Shown here one piece after another: positions 1 through 8,937 of a stretch of 54,134 nt of DNA (position 1 is its first letter; each line of letters begins with the position of its first letter). The DNA is from a virus (taxonomy: Duplodnaviria > Caudoviricetes). Below the pieces are notes generated by a model. It ran no database searches. It worked only from the letters and a program-made list of their open reading frames with translations, and was not told the origin of the DNA. The stretch is taken from positions 1 to 54,134 of the IMG/VR virus record IMGVR_UViG_3300046707_000080. The stretch is one strand, 5' to 3'. The translations under genes and the position numbers were made by a program.

Positions 1-127
1 ATTAAAATGGGCTGTGGGTAATATCTGGGGCGGTCAAAAGATTTTGGATTTCTTAGGTAAATTGCATAATAAAGTAAAGATAGATGCAAGAAATGAACTT
101 ATTAATAGAGCTCTATTGGAACCAGAG
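1..127. repeat. Terminal direct repeat, copy 1 (assembly circularisation overlap)
   Basis: 1-127 is identical to 54008-54134; 127 is a common assembler k-mer length. Confidence 0.95.
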
Positions 128-253
128 ACTGCAAAGTTTCTCTTAACACCTCTCAAGGAAAAAGGACTAGCAGAGAAAATAAAGGAATTTACTACCAATA
201 AATCTTATATGCTCGTTCCAATTTTATCATCCAAGGAGGAAGAAAATGAGTAA
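14..253 (+). CDS. 3' end of the large ejection-type protein starting at 51603 (wraps the junction)
   Basis: Position 14 equals 54021, which is in frame with ATG 51603 (2418 nt = 806 codons). Confidence 0.85.
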   Translation: MGNIWGGQKILDFLGKLHNKVKIDARNELINRALLEPETAKFLLTPLKEKGLAEKIKEFTTNKSYMLVPILSSKEEENE

Positions 254-2699
254 TTACACTAATATTTTTGGTGGTGCTGTCATCAGTACTTCCAATACCT
301 CTGGGATAGAATTAGCCTTAACCGGAAACATCACGTTGAGCTGGCCAACCCAGTTCCAGGATGTAAATACCACTGTCAATAGCATCATGGATGTCACGGC
401 AAGTGGTGTATTTAACATTACAATGCCAGATGCTACTCAGGCCAGCACTTTCCAGACTATATTATTCAATAACGTAGGAGGTGTTAATACCTTTCATGTG
501 CTGAATAATGGAGGAGGAACGCTTTTAACATTAACCGCAGGACAATCTAGCTTGCTATGGTTATATGATAACTCTACGGTTAATGGTTCTTGGAGAACCT
601 CTCCTTTCGGAGCAGGGGGTCCAACGGTTACCTCTATTGCTGCAACTTCTTCTAGTACAGATTTAACAATCACGGGTTCCCCCATCACCTCTGCTGGAAC
701 GCTGACCTTTGGATTGGCTCAAGATTTAGCTTCTCTCACAGGATTTGTAAATTCAACAGGAATTGCCGCTCGTACAGCCGCCAATACTTGGGCATTAAGG
801 ACTCTTACAGGTACTGCTAATCAAATAGCCGTCACCAATGGGACTGGGGTTGCTGGAAATCCAACGCTTGCGCTTGCTGCAACCATTACGGGTATTACTT
901 CCCTTACCGCCGGGCATATAGTCATCAGTGCCAATACGATTGGTACTACGAATGCTGGAACCATTACATTAGGAGATGTCTTGGTTATACCAGAAATCTA
1001 TGGTGTTCAATTTGATGCGACGAACGGAACAAACTTCAATCTATTAGTCTCTGGGAATCAATCTTTCAATCAGAGCTATATATGGCCAACAACGGCCCCA
1101 ATTGGTGGGCAAGTACTACAGTATGGAGGAGCCTCTGCTCTTCAATGGGCTACCATCACCACATTCGGTGGTCCAAGCACAACGAACGCTATCGCCAAAT
1201 ATACTAACATTACCGGTAGTCTTGGAAACTCTGGTGTCTTGATAGATGCCTCCAATAATGTAACAGGAGTTAATTCTCTTGCAGCAGCGAACATTGATAT
1301 CGGGGTTTCTGGGGCAAATATATTATCCACAGTGACGGGCGTCTTAAGTATCATTCCCTCTGGTTCCAATAATGTTCAAATAGGGGTTGCTAGCGGTGTC
1401 CCCAATAATTTAATATTAATGAATGGTTCCGCCCTTATTTTAAATGAACCCGCCAGCTCTGGAACCAACTTCAGCTCGTTTATACAACCTGCATTAAGTT
1501 CTAACATAAATTACTCACTCCCTGTCATTGGTCCCGGGGTTGGTAATACTCTAAGAACCATCGGAACCGTAGCCTCTCCGATATTAGAATGGAGCGACTC
1601 AGTCGATAATCCTAACTTCCTAATCAATGGAAGTATGTCTGTTTGGCAACGAGGAACATCTTTTACAAACTCTACATTCTTTGTAAACAACAATAACGTT
1701 TATACCGCTGACTGTTGGAAGCTACAATCGAATGGAAATAATGTTGTCTCTGTCTCTCGTGATACAGGACCTATTAACTTAGTTGCTAGTTGTCCTTATT
1801 CCTGGAAAGCAACGGTTGTCGCTGCTAATACAAAGTTTGGAGTTGCTCAGTTTATTGAGTATAAAGATACGCAAAGTATTAATGGATTTGTTACATCGCT
1901 TGGATTTAGCGCTAAAGCCTCTGGTATTACAAACTTAAGAGCTTCCTTAATCCAATGGTCTGGAACAGCCGATGTGCCAACCAGTAATATTGTGAGTGCT
2001 TGGAATGGCTCTGGAACCAATCCAACATTGGCTGCTAATTGGACCTATGTTCCGTTGGCAACTGGCTCTCTGGTTAATATTCCCGTCACCACTTCTTTTG
2101 CTAATTACACTACCAATCCAGACGGCTTGCATTATTTTAGTATCCCAACCGGTGGCACTAATAATCTTGCTGTATTCATATGGGTTGACGATACAACAAT
2201 CGCTATGAATTCAACCTTGAATTTAAGTGCCCTTAAGTTAGAGCAGGGAGAATATTCTACTCGATTTATAGCATCCCTTTTCCCAGAAGAGTTAAGAAAT
2301 AGTAAGAGAATTTTCTTACAAGATTTACCGTATGGAACCTCAACAGGTACAGCAACCTTTCCAGCCACTCCCACAACCCCTGTTGTCGGAGAATCCGGTT
2401 GTTACTGGCCCGTGACAACTACCATTCTTACGGGAGTGGCCTATGCCCGCATTGATTTTGAGGTTGAGATGAGGACAACCCCTACGTTAGTTACTTATCC
2501 CTATACCACGACGACTAATACCAATAGATGGTCAGATAATACGGGTACTGATTTAGCGGCCTTATCTGCTTCAATCTATGCATTAGATAGTAAAGGGGCA
2601 TTGATTTATAACAACATAACAGCGGCAGGCACTATAACGACGGCTGGGAATAGTACCCTTATTGGACATTGGTATGCAGATTCAGGATTTAATTCATAA
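246..2699 (+). CDS. Tail fibre / receptor-binding protein, 817 aa
   Basis: Thr/Gly/Ser/Asn-rich beta-type sequence; NFLINGSMSVWQRG...LKLEQG module typical of phage fibres; last gene of the virion operon. Confidence 0.75.
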   Translation: MSNYTNIFGGAVISTSNTSGIELALTGNITLSWPTQFQDVNTTVNSIMDVTASGVFNITMPDATQASTFQTILFNNVGGVNTFHVLNNGGGTLLTLTAGQSSLLWLYDNSTVNGSWRTSPFGAGGPTVTSIAATSSSTDLTITGSPITSAGTLTFGLAQDLASLTGFVNSTGIAARTAANTWALRTLTGTANQIAVTNGTGVAGNPTLALAATITGITSLTAGHIVISANTIGTTNAGTITLGDVLVIPEIYGVQFDATNGTNFNLLVSGNQSFNQSYIWPTTAPIGGQVLQYGGASALQWATITTFGGPSTTNAIAKYTNITGSLGNSGVLIDASNNVTGVNSLAAANIDIGVSGANILSTVTGVLSIIPSGSNNVQIGVASGVPNNLILMNGSALILNEPASSGTNFSSFIQPALSSNINYSLPVIGPGVGNTLRTIGTVASPILEWSDSVDNPNFLINGSMSVWQRGTSFTNSTFFVNNNNVYTADCWKLQSNGNNVVSVSRDTGPINLVASCPYSWKATVVAANTKFGVAQFIEYKDTQSINGFVTSLGFSAKASGITNLRASLIQWSGTADVPTSNIVSAWNGSGTNPTLAANWTYVPLATGSLVNIPVTTSFANYTTNPDGLHYFSIPTGGTNNLAVFIWVDDTTIAMNSTLNLSALKLEQGEYSTRFIASLFPEELRNSKRIFLQDLPYGTSTGTATFPATPTTPVVGESGCYWPVTTTILTGVAYARIDFEVEMRTTPTLVTYPYTTTTNTNRWSDNTGTDLAALSASIYALDSKGALIYNNITAAGTITTAGNSTLIGHWYADSGFNS

Positions 2700-2712
2700 A
2701 GGATTTAAGGAC

Positions 2713-2928
2713 ATGTTAATTTTAAATAGATATGCAGGACAATCTATTACGATATATTTGGAAGATGGTCGTGAGATAGATATCAAGGTTTTAGATATTA
2801 TTGGTAAAAACAATAAGTTTGCAAAGATAGGGATTGATGCTGCGAAGAGTATCAAGATTATCAGAGATGAGCTTATTACACAAGAGATGCAAGATGATAT
2901 TTCCGTGCTTTCTGTTCTTTCTGGTTAA
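2713..2928 (+). CDS. csrA: Carbon storage regulator CsrA/RsmA homologue
   Basis: MLILNRYAGQSITI...IKVLDI...KIGIDAAKSIKIIRDEL matches the CsrA pattern MLILTRxxGExIxI...RIGIxAPxxVxIxREE; AAGGA RBS before ATG 2713. Confidence 0.9.
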   Translation: MLILNRYAGQSITIYLEDGREIDIKVLDIIGKNNKFAKIGIDAAKSIKIIRDELITQEMQDDISVLSVLSG

Positions 2929-3424
2929 CATTCTTTATCTCAGACTGTTTTAAATCAAAAGCGATTTGATAGATACCTTCCAAATCATCAATTAATTGAG
3001 AATTAAATGTATCTTCTTCTTTATATTTATACCCCATCATTATCTTAGATTCTTCTAAGAACCTTCTGTTTACCTCTTCCCAAACCGGAATAGCTTCTTT
3101 TAAGATACCCAAACCCCTCTCAGTAATCTCAAAAAAACGAGATCTCTTATCATCTTTCCGAATCCAGGAAATATACCCGTACTTTAACAAAATCTGAGCA
3201 TTTCTAAGTAAGGTCGTTCTATCCATCCCTAAGAAAGCAGAGAGTTGCGTCAGATTTCTTTGGGTTGATTTGGTTAACTCAAGTAATATGGTAAAATGAA
3301 ATATAGTGAGCCTAATCTCATTCTTTTTCAAAAGCTCATGATTAAAAAGAGAAGCCACGGCCCTCTGTAACTTTATTACATTGAACGCTACACATTGTTT
3401 ATTTAGGTAACTATAGTCTTTCAT
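2876..3424 (-). CDS. MarR-family transcriptional regulator
   Basis: LTQLSAFLGMDRTTLLRN helix-turn-helix and DKRSRFFEITERG wing; likely start MKDY at 3424; overlaps the csrA 3' end convergently by 53 nt. Confidence 0.85.
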   Translation of the reverse strand: MKDYSYLNKQCVAFNVIKLQRAVASLFNHELLKKNEIRLTIFHFTILLELTKSTQRNLTQLSAFLGMDRTTLLRNAQILLKYGYISWIRKDDKRSRFFEITERGLGILKEAIPVWEEVNRRFLEESKIMMGYKYKEEDTFNSQLIDDLEGIYQIAFDLKQSEIKNVNQKEQKARKYHLASLV

Positions 3425-3437
3425 TACGTGTATGTTA

Positions 3438-3776
3438 TCACTTATAAGTAATAGAATCAACAATATGGTCTTTTTTTAATTCTTCCTCTAAAATAAGAAT
3501 CAACAAGTCTCTCCCCGTCATATCGAACTTTTTAGCCTTTTCTTTAATGTCTTGCCATTCTTTAATATAATCAATGTTCACCTGCTTCTTCTCAATGTCT
3601 ACCCCCCTAATAACAGGCGAATCAATCAAAGATAAATTTTTCTTGACAGCATTCACCACTAATCGTTTAAATAGCGTATTAAATTTCATACCGTTAGAGT
3701 TAGCTAGTTTTACTATATCAGAATGTAATCTTGCGGGAATATGAACCGTTATCATTTTACGTATTCGTTTCTTCAT
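3438..3776 (-). CDS. Putative ribbon-helix-helix DNA-binding protein
   Basis: MITVHIPARLHSDIVKLA...FNTLFKRLV RHH-like pattern, possibly duplicated; GGGAG RBS. Confidence 0.5.
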   Translation of the reverse strand: MKKRIRKMITVHIPARLHSDIVKLANSNGMKFNTLFKRLVVNAVKKNLSLIDSPVIRGVDIEKKQVNIDYIKEWQDIKEKAKKFDMTGRDLLILILEEELKKDHIVDSITYK

Positions 3777-3804
3777 ATATGTGTATTCTCCCTTTAAAAC
3801 TATA

Positions 3805-3833
3805 TTGACAAATGTAAGTATATTGTATATAGT
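3805..3833 (+). promoter_or_regulatory. Sigma70-type promoter for the bet operon
   Basis: TTGACA-17 nt-TATAGT upstream of AAGGAGG RBS and ATG 3875. Confidence 0.75.
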
Positions 3834-3874
3834 AGTCTTGTAGATATCAATAAGCTTCTAAGGAGGATAATACC

Positions 3875-4201
3875 ATGAAGAACTTATCAGGAGTTAACGA
3901 ACTTTATTATTATGGTGTGTTAGATAATATGTCAGATGATTTTCAGGGGGATAGGGATATGATAGAGAATAACGAAAGTCCAAATTGTATTTATAGCTCT
4001 GCTATTAGAGTACAATCAGATGACATACTTTCTTCATTAACCCATATGTTTTCTGACTTTATACAAAAGAGAGTCACACTCATGGATGCATTAGGCCTTC
4101 ATCCAACTCCTGTCTCTTATACAGAGATGTCACGAGAACTCCACTTACTCTTTAATAGAGCTTTGCATAAGAGCTTTTACAGTGATGAATATACCGTTTA
4201 A
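3875..4201 (+). CDS. Hypothetical protein
   Basis: Strong RBS AAGGAGG; first gene after the promoter. Confidence 0.7.
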   Translation: MKNLSGVNELYYYGVLDNMSDDFQGDRDMIENNESPNCIYSSAIRVQSDDILSSLTHMFSDFIQKRVTLMDALGLHPTPVSYTEMSRELHLLFNRALHKSFYSDEYTV

Positions 4202-5090
4202 GGAGAAAGTCATGATGAGTAAAATTGAACAAGAAGAAGCTAATACTTTTAAGGTTCTTCAAGAAACACTTTATCGTGGGGCTAAGAAGGAATCTATTGC
4301 AATGGTAATGTCTTATTGTACGGCGATGAAGTTAGATCCGCTCTTGAAGCCTGTTCATATAGTACCTATGTCTACTTGGACCGGAAAGTTGGATAGTCAA
4401 GGTAAGAGAATATATGAAAAGCAAGATACTATAATGCCAGGAATTGGATTATATAGAATCTTAGCGGCTAGAAGTGGTTCTTATGCTGGAATATCAAAAC
4501 CCATCTTTGGACCCAGTATTACTGAAACTATCGGTAAGAAAACCATTACCTACCCAGAGTACTGTACTATGGTGATTCGTAAAATAGTCCAAGGTCATGT
4601 CTGTGAATTTGAGCGTACAGAATATTGGATAGAGAATTATGCCTCCATTTCTAAAATAGATTTAACTCCCAATGATATGTGGTGTAAAAGAAGTAGAGGT
4701 CAATTGGTAAAATGTACAGAAAGTCAATTGATAAGAGCAGCCTTTCCAGAATGTATAGCCGCAGATGTTACCTTTGAGGAAATGGAAGGAAAAGTGTTAA
4801 TTGGAACGGAAGAGAAGATAGTAAAAACTATCCCCGATAAAGCTCAAGCCTTAGAGCATATTGACGAGGATGGTGTTATTAATACAGTAACGCCGAGCAA
4901 TGAGAAAATATTATTCAAACTAATGAATTTAATAAAAGAGTTGAATATTTCACAAGAAGAACAAAGTAGATGGTGTAATAAGGCGAATGTGACTTCATTA
5001 GCATTCTTAGATGAAGATAAAGTAGATAGGTTGATATCAGTCCTTGTAGCTCGAAAACAAATGGCTAAAGAAGGAGAATTAGATGAGTAA
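4182..5090 (+). CDS. bet: Phage recombination protein Bet (RecT/Redbeta single-strand annealing family)
   Basis: LDPLLKPVHIVPM, MPGIGLYRILAARSG, MWCKRSRGQLVKCTESQLIRAAFPE motifs; true start probably near 4212 after AAGGAG. Confidence 0.9.
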   Translation: MMNIPFKEKVMMSKIEQEEANTFKVLQETLYRGAKKESIAMVMSYCTAMKLDPLLKPVHIVPMSTWTGKLDSQGKRIYEKQDTIMPGIGLYRILAARSGSYAGISKPIFGPSITETIGKKTITYPEYCTMVIRKIVQGHVCEFERTEYWIENYASISKIDLTPNDMWCKRSRGQLVKCTESQLIRAAFPECIAADVTFEEMEGKVLIGTEEKIVKTIPDKAQALEHIDEDGVINTVTPSNEKILFKLMNLIKELNISQEEQSRWCNKANVTSLAFLDEDKVDRLISVLVARKQMAKEGELDE

Positions 5091-5427
5091 AGATTTGTGG
5101 AAAAAGATTAAACAAGTCTCCTACCTAGTATTTGATAGATATGCTCAATATATAGCGGCATCCTCATATATATTCACCTGCCTTAATGAATATTGGATGG
5201 GATTTTTTGATTTAGCTCAATTGGTTATTTATGGAGGGGTACCCTGTCTGATTTTCTCAACATTCTATATTCAAGGGATAAAGAGAGGGGGAGAGCAGGC
5301 GGAATTTCATGGATATGTCTCTCATTTTAAAGAGATGCATGAAAACATTATGAGACAGATATTTCAAAAGAATAATGAACTTTCAGGGCAGGTAAAGCTT
5401 TCAGAACATAAACCGGAGATTCATTGA
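5083..5427 (+). CDS. Hypothetical membrane protein
   Basis: Two hydrophobic stretches; AAGGAG RBS; overlaps bet stop. Confidence 0.6.
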   Translation: MSKDLWKKIKQVSYLVFDRYAQYIAASSYIFTCLNEYWMGFFDLAQLVIYGGVPCLIFSTFYIQGIKRGGEQAEFHGYVSHFKEMHENIMRQIFQKNNELSGQVKLSEHKPEIH

Positions 5428-5672
5428 TGAATATCTTTACAAGCATATTGGTTTTTATTACCGGTCTTTTTATCGGACATCTTTTTGGCAAATATAGAAT
5501 GAAAAAATATATGCAAAGTCCAGAATATTGTAGAGAAGTTCTGCAACGGATGGATTTTAATAAACCCCTTGCTTACGATATTCCATTAGGAAGTTTAGGT
5601 AAAAATATTGGGCCTTTAGGTCAAAATTTAGCTCATACGGAGATTCATGTATGCGTAATCCGAAGAGGTTAG
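5424..5672 (+). CDS. Hypothetical protein with N-terminal TM helix
   Basis: IFTSILVFITGLFIG followed by basic residues; coupled to upstream stop. Confidence 0.55.
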   Translation: MMNIFTSILVFITGLFIGHLFGKYRMKKYMQSPEYCREVLQRMDFNKPLAYDIPLGSLGKNIGPLGQNLAHTEIHVCVIRRG

Positions 5673-5680
5673 AATTGGAT

Positions 5681-5818
5681 ATGGACGAGATTATTTTGGA
5701 AGCCATCAAGGATTGTTCTAGTGGTACATTACGGTTGGAGTTTGATATTAAAGATGGAGAAATAATAGGATGTTTTGGAGCAGCCATAGGGCCTTCCAGG
5801 AATATAGGAGAAAAGTAA
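5681..5818 (+). CDS. Small hypothetical protein (45 aa), related to 5904..6092
   Basis: Read manually; LRLEFDIKDGEI vs LELQFLIKDGEI in the 5904 ORF. Confidence 0.5.
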   Translation: MDEIILEAIKDCSSGTLRLEFDIKDGEIIGCFGAAIGPSRNIGEK

Positions 5819-5903
5819 ATGAATTGGAACTTTCTTGCTGCGCTTATATTTATTTTTGCTGTCATTGCTTTAATGAGGCTAACTCAATAAAAGGAACACT
5901 TTA

Positions 5904-6092
5904 ATGGAAATTAAAATTAAATCAAAAAATGAGAAACTTATCAAAAAATGTCTTCTTGGTGTTCTTGAGTTACAATTTTTGATTAAAGATGGAGAGATAG
6001 CTCGAGTTGATCGAGCTCATTTATGCACCTTATCACCTTTAGATAAGGATGGAAAATTTCAATTTCATGATATAGCCGAAGGAGGAATATGA
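5904..6092 (+). CDS. Small hypothetical protein
   Basis: AAGGA RBS; shares IKDGEI motif with the 5681 ORF. Confidence 0.55.
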   Translation: MEIKIKSKNEKLIKKCLLGVLELQFLIKDGEIARVDRAHLCTLSPLDKDGKFQFHDIAEGGI

Positions 6093-6280
6093 TGTCATTT
6101 AGAAGTATGTTTTTTAAAGGTCTTTTTATAGCCGCTGCAACAGGTGCAGTCTTAGTGCTTTGTTTAAAGCTTATCTATAACATAGATGAAAAGAGTTCAG
6201 AGAAGGGTGGGGTTCAATTATTGGAAACAGAATTAGAGCTGCTTGAACAACAGGAAGAAATATACTATGAGAATACTTAG
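6089..6280 (+). CDS. Small membrane protein
   Basis: GGAGG RBS; one TM helix; acidic tail. Confidence 0.55.
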   Translation: MMSFRSMFFKGLFIAAATGAVLVLCLKLIYNIDEKSSEKGGVQLLETELELLEQQEEIYYENT

Positions 6281-6644
6281 AGGTCTTAGTTATGTAGTTG
6301 GGGTTTCTGGTATGGCGCTCGTATTCGCTGGAATAAAACTACCGATATTAGCTTTAGGGGGCCTTTGCGGCATCATTAGTGGATTGGTTATCTATACCGC
6401 TGATAAATATCTCTGTTCCTCTGCGGATGTCATTTTAGATATAGAAACGCCACCCGAACATGAAATGAATATCCCAGAACCATTTCGAAGCGTTGTACAT
6501 TCAGACTTTGACAATAAAGAATCCGCTCGTCCTGCTCCTATAACTTATAAATATGATGTATTAGCGGGTCAATGGGATACCACTGCTTTACCCGGACAAG
6601 TACCTGAATCTGAGATTAGAAATGCACCAAAAGTAGCGCCTTGA
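6243..6644 (+). CDS. Hypothetical protein with two N-terminal TM helices
   Basis: Hydrophobic hairpin then Pro-rich polar tail; start probably MRILRG. Confidence 0.55.
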   Translation: MNNRKKYTMRILRGLSYVVGVSGMALVFAGIKLPILALGGLCGIISGLVIYTADKYLCSSADVILDIETPPEHEMNIPEPFRSVVHSDFDNKESARPAPITYKYDVLAGQWDTTALPGQVPESEIRNAPKVAP

Positions 6645-6701
6645 TTTATATTAAAAATCATTTTATAATAATATTACTATAATTCTTAACGGGGGGCATT
6701 T

Positions 6702-6995
6702 ATGATCCACTTAATCCCAGTCGTTCTTGTTATTGTAAAAACCATTGGTGTCTATATAGTGAAGTATGCCATAAAAGCATACAAGAACTATCGCGCCAGG
6801 AAAGAGCAAGAGAAATCTTTACCCAAAACAGGAATAGCACCCCTTAAGAAAAGTATAGTCCATCCCAAGAAGATTCGGGATGCGCTCTCCCCTACACTCA
6901 TGTTTAGGTATAATAAGCTCTTTAATAAGAGAAAGGTTCATCCTGAGCCTTTGCTCCCTTTAAAGCCTAAACAATGCCACATGAGATTGAGATAG
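6702..6995 (+). CDS. Hypothetical basic protein with N-terminal TM helix
   Basis: Hydrophobic N-terminus, Lys/Pro-rich tail; GGGGG RBS. Confidence 0.5.
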   Translation: MIHLIPVVLVIVKTIGVYIVKYAIKAYKNYRARKEQEKSLPKTGIAPLKKSIVHPKKIRDALSPTLMFRYNKLFNKRKVHPEPLLPLKPKQCHMRLR

Positions 6996-7381
6996 AACTA
7001 CCCTGGCCTCCGAGCGCTAATAGATATTGGCGAAACTTCAGAGGCCGTATGGTGATATCTACGGAAGCTCGTCTTTATAAAGCCTCTATCAAGAAGCTAG
7101 CCTTCACTTGGCCAAAAATATTCTTCACCGGCGAACTTTGCATCTTTATACAAGCCTATCCACCGGATAAACGTAAAAGGGACTTAGATAATACTTTAAA
7201 AGTGTCAATTGACTCACTTGAAGGTATCCTTTTTACTAATGATTCTCAAATCGGGGAGATTCACATAATCCGAATGCCTGTATATACTGGTAAGCTGGTC
7301 GTAAGGCTCAAGGAAAGATATCAGGAGAACCTATGTTCATTGCCAGTCAGTTCAGACAATACGTCATCATCCCAGCCCTAG
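6974..7381 (+). CDS. rusA: RusA-family Holliday junction resolvase
   Basis: LPWPPSANRYWR, PPDKRKRDLDNTLK, NDSQI catalytic motifs. Confidence 0.92.
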   Translation: MPHEIEIELPWPPSANRYWRNFRGRMVISTEARLYKASIKKLAFTWPKIFFTGELCIFIQAYPPDKRKRDLDNTLKVSIDSLEGILFTNDSQIGEIHIIRMPVYTGKLVVRLKERYQENLCSLPVSSDNTSSSQP

Positions 7382-7800
7382 CCAGCATTGCCTTAGACGG
7401 TGATTCCGCAGAAACGCTACTCATGATGACTTGTGCGCAAGAGTCTCATGGGGGTACTTATCTACATCAAGTGGATGGTCCAGCTCTCAGTATCTACCAG
7501 ATTCAACCAGAGACTTACCAGGGCGTTATTGATTATATTAAGCCTCGGCAGACACTTAGACAGAATATCCTTGCCAGCTGCAATTTTGACGTCTTCCCTC
7601 CCCCTATGCAGGAGCTTATAACAAATCTGAAATATGCAACCATTATAACTAGAGTCCATTACTCACAGTTTGAGGAAGCACTACCAGCAGCCAATGATAA
7701 GGAAGGTATGTGGAACTATTATAAGAAGTATTGGAATACGAAAGGAGGGGCCGCTACTCAGAATGAATTTTATGCGAATGTGAAAGCGTTCTTAGGATAA
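7333..7800 (+). CDS. Lysozyme-like / transglycosylase-fold protein, probable endolysin
   Basis: TCAQES (catalytic Glu-Ser), GPALSIYQIQPET, YYKKYWNT motifs. Confidence 0.65.
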   Translation: MFIASQFRQYVIIPALASIALDGDSAETLLMMTCAQESHGGTYLHQVDGPALSIYQIQPETYQGVIDYIKPRQTLRQNILASCNFDVFPPPMQELITNLKYATIITRVHYSQFEEALPAANDKEGMWNYYKKYWNTKGGAATQNEFYANVKAFLG

Positions 7801-7829
7801 AAAAGACCCCGCCAAGTGTTAGGCGGGGT
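7799..7829 (-). terminator. Intrinsic terminator between convergent genes
   Basis: ACCCCGCC-8 nt-GGCGGGGT stem with an A-run on the left (U-tract on the minus strand). Confidence 0.7.
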
Positions 7830-7860
7830 GAAGGTAAAGTTCAATCTAAAGAGGATAACT

Positions 7861-8430
7861 TTAGAAACTATAGTTTAACCCAACTGAACCAAAACAGCTA
7901 TCATTGGGTTGTATACCATGAACATTGATATTGGATGTATGTTGATAGGTAAAGATTCCTCTCACCTTAGTATTCGTGAATATCGTATACTCAACTCCAC
8001 CCAAGAACCTAGGTACTGTCTTGCTAACCACTGTCTTACCCGCAGGTTGACTGTAGGTATACTTTAAGCGGGAAAGTCCAGCTCCTCCGATTAGATTTAA
8101 ATTTGTATCTAATGGATAAGTCCCAATAGCAGTGACATGAAATCCACTGGTCTTAAACGCATTTCCAGCTAATCTTTTAGGCTTTTGAAGCAGGGTACCA
8201 ACTTCTCCTGAAAAATATTGATTAAACTTCACTCCACCATATATATTTGCAGCGGGTAAGAATTGACTTTGTTTAACCACCTCTGTTTGAATCTTAGGTT
8301 TCACTAGTTGCAACTGTGCATCTGCTCCGACATACGGACTAATAGAGGGCATAGAAAGTGCCAATATTTCAGATCCCGTAAACGTCACAATAGCCAATAA
8401 AACAATCTTTAATGAACTTAATAATTTCAT
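7861..8430 (-). CDS. Outer-membrane beta-barrel protein (OmpA-TM/Ail/Lom-like), moron
   Basis: Signal peptide, PYVGA, GGVKFNQYFSGEVG, GGVEY strands, C-terminal VGLNYSF BAM signal. Confidence 0.85.
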   Translation of the reverse strand: MKLLSSLKIVLLAIVTFTGSEILALSMPSISPYVGADAQLQLVKPKIQTEVVKQSQFLPAANIYGGVKFNQYFSGEVGTLLQKPKRLAGNAFKTSGFHVTAIGTYPLDTNLNLIGGAGLSRLKYTYSQPAGKTVVSKTVPRFLGGVEYTIFTNTKVRGIFTYQHTSNINVHGIQPNDSCFGSVGLNYSF

Positions 8431-8678
8431 CTGTATGACTCCTATAGGTAATATACACCCCGAGCATAACCTGACTATCGTCAGATTACAATACTTTTGT
8501 TATTTGATTTACTTATTATAGTACTATTTTTCCATCTCTTCAAACTTCTCTATCGCCTCTTCTAGCTTCCTAAATAACGAAGAATCCTTATTGGTTAGCT
8601 TCTCTAGATACCAAAGGATATCGGTCAGCTCTGCTTCTGTGAGCTCAACGTTTACTATGGGTTCTTTGATTACTTTCT

Positions 8679-8909
8679 TCATCTCATCATCAATCTATCG
8701 GTAAGCTCAAAGATTTCCTTTCGGACTTCCTCCACTACTTTCTTCTGCTCTTCCGTATAATCCTTATCTTCTAGCTTAACTAGGTATTCCCGTATCTCAT
8801 GGAGTGCCCCTACAAAGGCATCTATATCTAACGATTGAAGGACATGAATGACCCCATCATGGTAATCATTGTGGTCTAGCTCATACTTTACGGTTATCTC
8901 TTTAATCAT
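8679..8909 (-). CDS. Hypothetical protein
   Basis: Likely start MIKEIT at 8909; the longer call reads through the parS palindrome. Confidence 0.55.
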   Translation of the reverse strand: MIKEITVKYELDHNDYHDGVIHVLQSLDIDAFVGALHEIREYLVKLEDKDYTEEQKKVVEEVRKEIFELTDRLMMR

Positions 8910-8937
8910 GGGATATTGTTCCAGAAGGAAACTTCGA

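Noticed and set aside
1-127. Biological terminal repeat (T7-like DTR)
   Set aside because: Length equals a standard k-mer and it falls mid-gene; best explained as assembly overlap
14-253. Stand-alone 79-aa gene
   Set aside because: It is the in-frame tail of the ORF starting at 51603
2662-2712. N-terminal extension of CsrA in the ORF track
   Set aside because: CsrA proteins begin at MLIL; the RBS sits before 2713 and the extension overlaps the fibre gene
8458-8488. dif-like XerCD site (GAGCATAA-CCTGAC-TATCGTCAGAT)
   Set aside because: The XerD arm does not match TTATGTTAAAT; better explained as a small CTGAC/GTCAG hairpin upstream of the OMP gene
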